This document shows, one piece after another, positions 57,952-64,000 of a DNA stretch of 64,000 nucleotides; positions within the stretch are counted from its first letter, which is position 1, and each line of letters begins with the position of its first letter. This DNA comes from an archaeon BMS3Abin17 (GTDB taxonomy: Archaea; Nanobdellota; Nanobdellia; Pacearchaeales; GW2011-AR1). The stretch is taken from contig BDTJ01000044.1 in assembly GCA_002897655.1 (NCBI GenBank), positions 1,605-65,604 of the forward strand, read 5' to 3'. The position numbers were made by a program, and so were the translations under genes. The notes beneath the pieces are model-generated. The model made no database searches and was not told the DNA's origin. It worked only from the letters and a program-made list of their open reading frames with translations.

Positions 57952-57989
57952 TATTCACCCTGGTAAAAAGAGTTCTGATATATTTGAAA

Positions 57990-58619
57990 ATGATAAACTC
58001 CTTAAAATCTCTAAGAATCAGTAAATTAGTTGGAAATCTCTCTAAAACAGTATTTAGTGAAGGTTTGCCAGATGAGACTATTCCTTTTGAAGATTTGAAA
58101 AGGCTAAATTTTGATTTAGATATAGATCCATCTCTTTGGAGGAAGTATAAGAGAAGTCATAATTTTAGATACTCTGGAGCTTCAACAGCAGAACATTTGA
58201 CAATGGGCTTAATGAGATTATTATTTGAAAATAAAAATTCTCCAGATATAAATTATTCTACATTGAGAGAAGTATTATCAGAAAAAGATTCAACAAGGAT
58301 TGCTGTTTTAAATGCTCATGAAGGGAATGTTAAAGGTAATTGGATTTATTCTTTTAAGGGGTCTCAGGCCCCAGTCCAGAAGTGGATAGATGAAATTAGT
58401 TCTAGGAATTTGAAATCCAGAAAAAAATATGGGGCGTTATTTGTATGCTGCTGTAATGGAGACTCATTAATTCCTGATTATACAGAAATACCTATATTTT
58501 ATCTTAAAGGAATATTTGAAAGTGGAGGCAAATATCAAAAAGTCCTTGTGTTTTACCGCACCTTAAAAGGTGCGGTTTGTTTGGACTTTAGGATGTCCAA
58601 GGATTCATCCACACACTAA
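57990..58619 (+). CDS. Hypothetical protein; C-terminus replaced by MITE sequence
   Basis: ATG at 57990; without the MITE it would end GKYKN*. Confidence 0.55.
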   Translation: MINSLKSLRISKLVGNLSKTVFSEGLPDETIPFEDLKRLNFDLDIDPSLWRKYKRSHNFRYSGASTAEHLTMGLMRLLFENKNSPDINYSTLREVLSEKDSTRIAVLNAHEGNVKGNWIYSFKGSQAPVQKWIDEISSRNLKSRKKYGALFVCCCNGDSLIPDYTEIPIFYLKGIFESGGKYQKVLVFYRTLKGAVCLDFRMSKDSSTH

Positions 58620-58653
58620 AGTGTGTGGTTTTCTCCAGGAATCCCTGGCATAA
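58534..58653 (-). mobile_element. IS200/IS605-type MITE, copy 3 (includes TTAT target)
   Basis: Identical to copy 2. Confidence 0.87.
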
Positions 58654-58660
58654 AAATTAA

Positions 58661-59254
58661 TTACTCAATAACAACAAAGTTGTTTCTTCCTGATTTCTTT
58701 GCTTTATAGAGTGCCTTATCCACTCTAAGCTTCATTTTTCTTTTTGTATCGTTTTTACCTCTAAACTGAGTTACCCCCCCACTTACAGTAAGACCATGTT
58801 TTTTTAGAACAGAATCTGAATTAATAACTTTTCTTAATCTTATAGTTAATTTTCTTGCCTTTACTAAATTTGTCGCCGGAAGCAGAATAATAAACTCTTC
58901 TCCCCCAAATCTTGCAAGAATATCTGGTTTTCTTATGTGTCTTTTTAAGGCACTTGAAAGATTCCCTAATAACTCATCTGCTCTAATATGCCCATAAGTG
59001 TCATTTATTTTCTTAAAAAAATCAATATCAATTATTATTAAAGATAAATCTTCTTTTGTTCTCTTGGCTCTCTCAATTCCAAGGTCAAAGACATTTTCAA
59101 AAAATTTACTGTTATACAACCCTGTTTTTTCATCATGAGTTGCCTCTTCATACAGCAAGGAAATAGATTCCATTATTACTTCAAATAATTCTTCAACCTT
59201 TTTCCTAAATTTTGGATCTAAAGAAGATATCCTCCTCTTTATTTTTCTATCCAT
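58661..59254 (-). CDS. GGDEF-domain diguanylate cyclase
   Basis: DEKTGLYN, DIDFFKKINDTYGH, RKPD I-site, RFGGEEF, ALYKAK..GRN. Confidence 0.92.
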   Translation of the reverse strand: MDRKIKRRISSLDPKFRKKVEELFEVIMESISLLYEEATHDEKTGLYNSKFFENVFDLGIERAKRTKEDLSLIIIDIDFFKKINDTYGHIRADELLGNLSSALKRHIRKPDILARFGGEEFIILLPATNLVKARKLTIRLRKVINSDSVLKKHGLTVSGGVTQFRGKNDTKRKMKLRVDKALYKAKKSGRNNFVVIE

Positions 59255-59287
59255 TTAATATAAAGAGATAATTATTATTTAAAGGTT

Positions 59288-60118
59288 TCATTTAGCAACA
59301 TCACTTGTTTTTTTGTATCTAACATAAAGCTTGTCAAGAATATCTATAATTCTTTTCCTTTCTTCTGCAATACCAAGCCCTTTCCAGTCAAGAATTGCAA
59401 AATCAACTTCTTCTTGTGTTTTGTCTATTGCCTCTCTAATCATCTCTTCTGTTAATGGCAAGGCATATCCGGGGATTATATGGGAAATAGCAACATTTGA
59501 ATTTAATTGTATTTTGTTAAAATTCGGGCAGTAGTGCGGTCCACCAATTCCAATAGCAACCTCATTATATGGATTTTGATTGAATCCTTTGATTATATCT
59601 TTTATTGTTACTGCAATAACAAAACCAGCCCTATTATCTCTCCACTCATTTTCTGTTGAACCAATTTCTATGAAAATACATGGTTTATCAATTAAAGGGC
59701 CGTGATGAGTGCATTCAAGAGTAACTTTGTAATCTTTTAAATTATGTTCTTTGACATTTTTGTTCAGTTTTTCAAATATTTGTTTTTGAAATGATGCAGA
59801 GGTCTTAGATACTCTTCCAGATACCCCTCCAAAATCTGCATTTCTCCAGTTCCCAGGAGCATGAACAGAGAGTGTTCTCTCGTTTGTCACTGACTTGTGC
59901 CTTGAAGCAAATATGACAAAATCATATTTATTGATTTTTTCTTTGTCGATTCCCTCATCATAGATTATCTCTTTTTCAGTTAAATAAAAATCAAAATCAG
60001 GCTCATCTGTCTGCATTGCTGAAACCAATGGATTTTTTTTAAATTGAGATAACTGAGTTGTTATGTTTATTCCTGCCCTATCCAGCTTGCTTGCAATTAT
60101 TAGATATTTTTTATACAT
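59288..60118 (-). CDS. dtdA: Archaeal D-aminoacyl-tRNA deacylase (DTD2)
   Basis: FASRH, LSVHAPGN, ECTHHGP, IEIGSTE..W, GGPHY, DWKG. Confidence 0.9.
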   Translation of the reverse strand: MYKKYLIIASKLDRAGINITTQLSQFKKNPLVSAMQTDEPDFDFYLTEKEIIYDEGIDKEKINKYDFVIFASRHKSVTNERTLSVHAPGNWRNADFGGVSGRVSKTSASFQKQIFEKLNKNVKEHNLKDYKVTLECTHHGPLIDKPCIFIEIGSTENEWRDNRAGFVIAVTIKDIIKGFNQNPYNEVAIGIGGPHYCPNFNKIQLNSNVAISHIIPGYALPLTEEMIREAIDKTQEEVDFAILDWKGLGIAEERKRIIDILDKLYVRYKKTSDVAK

Positions 60119-60171
60119 AATTAAAGAAATAAGCCAGAGTATATATAAATTATTCTATAGAATAGTGTATT

Positions 60172-60642
60172 TTATCTTTTATTTGAGGAAATAGTATCAG
60201 TTGTTCTATCCTCAAGATTAAGCACTAATGCACTCATTGAAGAAAGATTTTTTAGAGGTTCTCCTTCTACTGACTCCAGCATATTAAGTTGCCCTAGAAT
60301 GTCCTTAATTGAAGAACTTCCTACAAAGACTAAATTATCAACTCTTTCTCTTTGACTGTTGTATAAATTATATAACCTACTAATTTTCTCAGGGGTAAAA
60401 TGGTTCTCTTCACAATATAAAGCAGAAGTTTCTTCTACAACAAGACTATTGTCAATAGAATTTCTTAATATAGAAGCAGTTTGCATTGCTTTTTGTGCTG
60501 ATGAAGATGCAATATGAAAATTTCCGCCATATTTTTCCTTAATTACTTCACCCAATCTCTTTATTTTATATGCCTCTTTAATAGTTAAAGTATCTAATGG
60601 TCTACAGATTTTCCCGTGGCTCACACAAATAATTTGCTTCAT
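60172..60642 (-). CDS. Degenerate histidine-phosphatase (SixA-like) fold protein
   Basis: VSHG in place of RHG, SS..KAMQTA, LVFVG. Confidence 0.45.
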   Translation of the reverse strand: MKQIICVSHGKICRPLDTLTIKEAYKIKRLGEVIKEKYGGNFHIASSSAQKAMQTASILRNSIDNSLVVEETSALYCEENHFTPEKISRLYNLYNSQRERVDNLVFVGSSSIKDILGQLNMLESVEGEPLKNLSSMSALVLNLEDRTTDTISSNKR

Positions 60643-60694
60643 TTATATTAATTTGCCAAAGAGGTCTTTTAAGGATTTTTATCATGGAGTATAA

Positions 60695-61312
60695 TCAATA
60701 AGATAGATATTCCAGATTATCCTCAATCTTTTTTATTCCTTCTTTATCCTGCTGCAGGATAGCCATAGCATCCCATGTCCCTTTTAGAAAAGCCTGTCTT
60801 CTTCCTTCAGGCATATCAAATTCTATTTTTTCTTCTCCACAGGTTATCATCTTTTTATTAAGATCTATTTCTAATTCTGCCAAAGGGTTTTTCTCAAGAT
60901 ATTCTGCTAATTTTGATATAATCTCTGAAGACACAGTTACACAAACTACACCTAAACTTGCGCAGTTTCCTGCAAAAATCTCTGCAAAACTTTCTGCGAT
61001 TATTGCGTTAATACCAAACTTATGCAGTGCCTGAGGGGCATGTTCTCTTGAAGAGCCGCATCCATAATTAGCTCCAGCAAGAAGTATTTTTGCCTCGCTT
61101 GCTCCAGATTTATTAAACGGATGCTCTTCTACTTTATTTCCATCTTTTATTCTTTCGTCAATGTACACATACTCCCCCATCTTCTCAAAAGTTATCTCCT
61201 TCAAATATCTTGCAGGAACAATATCATCTGTATTTTGATCATTTGCAGTCTTAGATATTGCTTTTCCTTTAATATTATCTATCACCTTTTCCTGGATGAT
61301 TAATTCACTCAT
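60695..61312 (-). CDS. leuD: 3-isopropylmalate dehydratase small subunit
   Basis: TDDIVPARYL, NYGCGSSREHAP, AESFAEIF..N. Confidence 0.92.
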   Translation of the reverse strand: MSELIIQEKVIDNIKGKAISKTANDQNTDDIVPARYLKEITFEKMGEYVYIDERIKDGNKVEEHPFNKSGASEAKILLAGANYGCGSSREHAPQALHKFGINAIIAESFAEIFAGNCASLGVVCVTVSSEIISKLAEYLEKNPLAELEIDLNKKMITCGEEKIEFDMPEGRRQAFLKGTWDAMAILQQDKEGIKKIEDNLEYLSY

Positions 61313-62735
61313 TTTTCTTTATGCCCTTTAGGGGGTATCCTCCTAAATATTTTCCTGGATTAGTTATTTTTCCTTCAATAGCTGAAGCAGCTGCAGTATA
61401 GGGGTTCATCAGGTGTGTTCTTCCTGTGGGGCTTCCCTGTCTTCCTTTAAAATTTCTATTTGAGGTTGATGCGCATCTCTGTGTTCCGACTAATTTATCC
61501 GGATTCATAGCAAGACACATTGAACAACCAGGCAATCTCCATTCTGCTCCTGCATCTATAAAGATTTTATCTATGCCAATTTCTTCTGCCTGTTTTTTGA
61601 CTTCCTCAGAACCTGAAACAACAAGAGTTTTAACAGCAACCTTTTTTCCTTTTAAGATTTCAGCAGCCTGTTTAAAATCAATTAATCTTCCGTTAGTGCA
61701 TGAACCTATAAATACAACATCAACAGGAGTTCCCTCTATTTTGTCTCCTGCATTTAAGCCCATATAATTTAGTGCATCTTCTGCTTCTTCTTTTAGCTTT
61801 CCTTCAAATTTATTTGAGGAAGGAATTATTTCACTTACCCCAATAGTCTGCTCAGGGTTAACCCCCCATGTAACCATTGGCTCTACCTGAGGAACATCAA
61901 TATCTACAACATCATCATATTGCGCATCAGAATCTGAAGCTATAGATTTCCAGTATTCTACTGCCTTTTCAAAATATTTTTTTGGTGCAAATTCTTTTTC
62001 TTTTAAATAATCAAAAGTTATTTTGTCAGGATTTATATAACCAAGTCTTGCACCACCTTCAACAGCAAGATTGCATATAGTCATTCTCTCTTCCATACTC
62101 ATATTCTCAATAGCTTCTCCTCCAAACTCATATGCAAAACCAACCCCTCCTTTTACACCAAGTTTCATAATCATATAAAGAGCCAAATCTTTTGCACCCA
62201 CTCCTTTGTTAAGTTTTCCATTGAAGTTTATTCTTCTGACTTTTAATTTATCCATTGCAAGAGTTTGTGTTGCAAGAACATGACTTACCTGAGTTGTTCC
62301 TATTCCAAATGCAAGTGTTCCAAAAGCCCCATAAGTGCATGTATGACTGTCCCCGCAAACAATTATTTGCCCTGGCCAGATTAACCCCTGTTCAGGAAAT
62401 GCTACATGGCATACTCCTTGTTTCCCAGAACCAGGGCCAAAATAAGTTATATTAAACTCCTTGGTATTTTCTTCAACTGTAGAAGTCATTAATTCTGCCT
62501 GATTATCCTCAAATGGCCTTGATAAATCGTGTGTTGGAATTACATGGTCTAAAATACAGAAAGTAAGTTCAGGATGTTTTACAGAAATCTTTTTTTCCCT
62601 CAACATTTCAAATGCCTGTGGGCTTGTAACCTCATGCATCATATGTCTGCTTACAAAAACCTGTGTTTGCCCTGTAGGTAATTCCCCAACAATATGCTTT
62701 TTCCAAACTTTATCATAAAGCGTTTTTTGAGACAT
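61305..62735 (-). CDS. leuC: 3-isopropylmalate dehydratase large subunit
   Basis: HEVTSPQAF, CGDSHT, FIGSCTNGR, GCSMCLAMN, STSNRNF.GRQG. Confidence 0.95.
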   Translation of the reverse strand: MSQKTLYDKVWKKHIVGELPTGQTQVFVSRHMMHEVTSPQAFEMLREKKISVKHPELTFCILDHVIPTHDLSRPFEDNQAELMTSTVEENTKEFNITYFGPGSGKQGVCHVAFPEQGLIWPGQIIVCGDSHTCTYGAFGTLAFGIGTTQVSHVLATQTLAMDKLKVRRINFNGKLNKGVGAKDLALYMIMKLGVKGGVGFAYEFGGEAIENMSMEERMTICNLAVEGGARLGYINPDKITFDYLKEKEFAPKKYFEKAVEYWKSIASDSDAQYDDVVDIDVPQVEPMVTWGVNPEQTIGVSEIIPSSNKFEGKLKEEAEDALNYMGLNAGDKIEGTPVDVVFIGSCTNGRLIDFKQAAEILKGKKVAVKTLVVSGSEEVKKQAEEIGIDKIFIDAGAEWRLPGCSMCLAMNPDKLVGTQRCASTSNRNFKGRQGSPTGRTHLMNPYTAAASAIEGKITNPGKYLGGYPLKGIKKNE

Positions 62736-62736
62736 C

Positions 62737-63867
62737 TTAATTAAAATTTTTTATAAACTCTGAGGCTTTCTCAGTCAGATAAGTAACTGTTTTGTCCTTA
62801 TACTCAGGGTCTCTTAAGTTATTAAGAGTGGCTTCTTTCATTGCTTTTGCAGCTTCTGTTTCCCCTATTTGCTCAAGCATCATAGAATAAGATAAGAATG
62901 CCGCCTCTGGTTTCACTGTATTAATTTTCTCCAAATTTTTTGTTCCAGGAATATAATCCCCATTCTCACTTACTTCATACCATCTTTTAGGAACACTCCC
63001 GTGTATTGGTTCAAACATAGAAGGAAATGTCCCAAAAGGATTGATATTTCCAGAAACTGCAGAACCAATTCCTCCCTGAAGAACTGCTCCCAAGTCAGTT
63101 GCAATATCTCCAAACATATTTTCTGTTACTACAACATCAAATTGTTCAGGAGCAACCACCATCTGCATCATAAAATTATCAATATGCATATATAGGAATT
63201 CTATATCAGGATATTTTTCCCTGAACTCATTAAGGACCCTTGTCCATGGGACAGCTGCATAAGTCAGAACATTTGTCTTAAAGACAAAATGAATCTTTGG
63301 CTTCTCAAACCTTTTTCTTTCTCTTGCTCTTTCAATTGCAAACTCTGTAAGTCTTTTAACGCCTTTATAAGTGCATATCATCTCCTGTATTCCAGTCTCA
63401 TCTTCTGTTCCTTCATTCAATACTTTTCCCTTGCCAACATATAATCCTTCTGAATTCTCCCTGCATATTTCAAAATTAATATCCTTGGATGTTTTATCAG
63501 AAAGAACTGATTTAACTCCTTCTGGAAGGACAATTGGTCTTAAATTGACATATTGGTCAAAAGACTGCCTTAGCTTTAGGATAATCCCCAATTCCAGTAT
63601 TCCCGGCTTAATCTTTACAGGGTCTCCTATTGCACCTAAAAAAATCTGATCATATTTCGCAAGTTCATTTAGCTCTTTTTCCCCTAATTCTGTTATGCCC
63701 TGCTCTAAGAAATAATCAGCATTATAATTAAAAGTCGTATGCTTAATTGGTTTTTTTAATTTATCACTTATTGCCTCGCTTAGTTTTAATACAGCGTCTG
63801 TTACAGTTATCCCGTTCAAATCTCCAGGGATTACTGCTATATTGTGATAATCTTTTTCAGATTCCAT
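62737..63867 (-). CDS. leuB: 3-isopropylmalate dehydrogenase (beta-decarboxylating dehydrogenase family)
   Basis: IPGD..G, LRQ..DQYVNLRP, RENSEGLY, K.NV, ENMFGDI..D, FEPIHGS; adjacent to leuCD. Confidence 0.85.
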   Translation of the reverse strand: MESEKDYHNIAVIPGDLNGITVTDAVLKLSEAISDKLKKPIKHTTFNYNADYFLEQGITELGEKELNELAKYDQIFLGAIGDPVKIKPGILELGIILKLRQSFDQYVNLRPIVLPEGVKSVLSDKTSKDINFEICRENSEGLYVGKGKVLNEGTEDETGIQEMICTYKGVKRLTEFAIERARERKRFEKPKIHFVFKTNVLTYAAVPWTRVLNEFREKYPDIEFLYMHIDNFMMQMVVAPEQFDVVVTENMFGDIATDLGAVLQGGIGSAVSGNINPFGTFPSMFEPIHGSVPKRWYEVSENGDYIPGTKNLEKINTVKPEAAFLSYSMMLEQIGETEAAKAMKEATLNNLRDPEYKDKTVTYLTEKASEFIKNFN

Positions 63868-64000
63868 ATTTAATAGGAAGAATCTCTATTTATAAATATT
63901 GTTGAAGAAGAAAATAGATTATTAAACTAATTCTTGACAATTAATTTAAGGAATAATCTTATGTATTTTGCTTTCAGAATAAAAATGAACAGCTCTTCCT

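Noticed and set aside
57780-57989. N-terminal extension of ORF 57780..58619
   Set aside because: Runs through tRNA-Ser and its intron; ATG 57990 is the plausible start
1260-63649. Numerous antisense or nested ORFs in the track (e.g. 1260..1706, 7600..8070, 42917..43630, 56220..56444, 61426..61767)
   Set aside because: Shadow frames of well-supported genes or pseudogenes with no recognisable motifs
63946-64000. 3' end of a - strand gene (..GRAVHFYSESKIHKIIP*)
   Set aside because: Too short at the window edge to support or identify

Overview
AT-rich archaeal chromosomal segment, most likely DPANN/Pacearchaeota-like (inferred from archaeal RNAP subunits with fused A'/A'', archaeal EF-2/EF-1alpha, BHB tRNA introns and many bacterial-type metabolic genes). 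It holds a glycolytic cluster (pfkB-like, cupin PGI, pgk, gap), an nrdR-nrdJ-kinase/dCMP deaminase-trx cluster, the rpoH-B-A/nusA/S12/S7/EF-2/EF-1alpha cluster interleaved with orphan ORFs, dnaG, endonuclease IV, smc (with an intein and a CxxC hook instead of a visible hinge), rnhB, leuBCD and three tRNAs (Lys, iMet, Ser; the last two with introns). Top observation: rnhB is split inside its catalytic GIDDAGR/GP motif by a 41-nt intron with a near-canonical bulge-helix-bulge motif whose predicted cleavage exactly restores the frame. A free-standing LAGLIDADG gene overlaps rnhB exon 1 and lies between this intron and an intron-bearing tRNA-iMet, suggesting an mRNA-intron/collaborative-homing system. 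Also notable: a 7.8-kb single-transposase cargo transposon (13-bp TIRs, 9-bp TSD) carrying putative defence genes; three copies of an IS200/IS605-type MITE plus a candidate tnpA partner; a phased 13-bp motif array at 9.3-11.1 kb; and a structured leader element shared by rpoB and smc. All calls come from reading the sequence by eye; no database searches were run.
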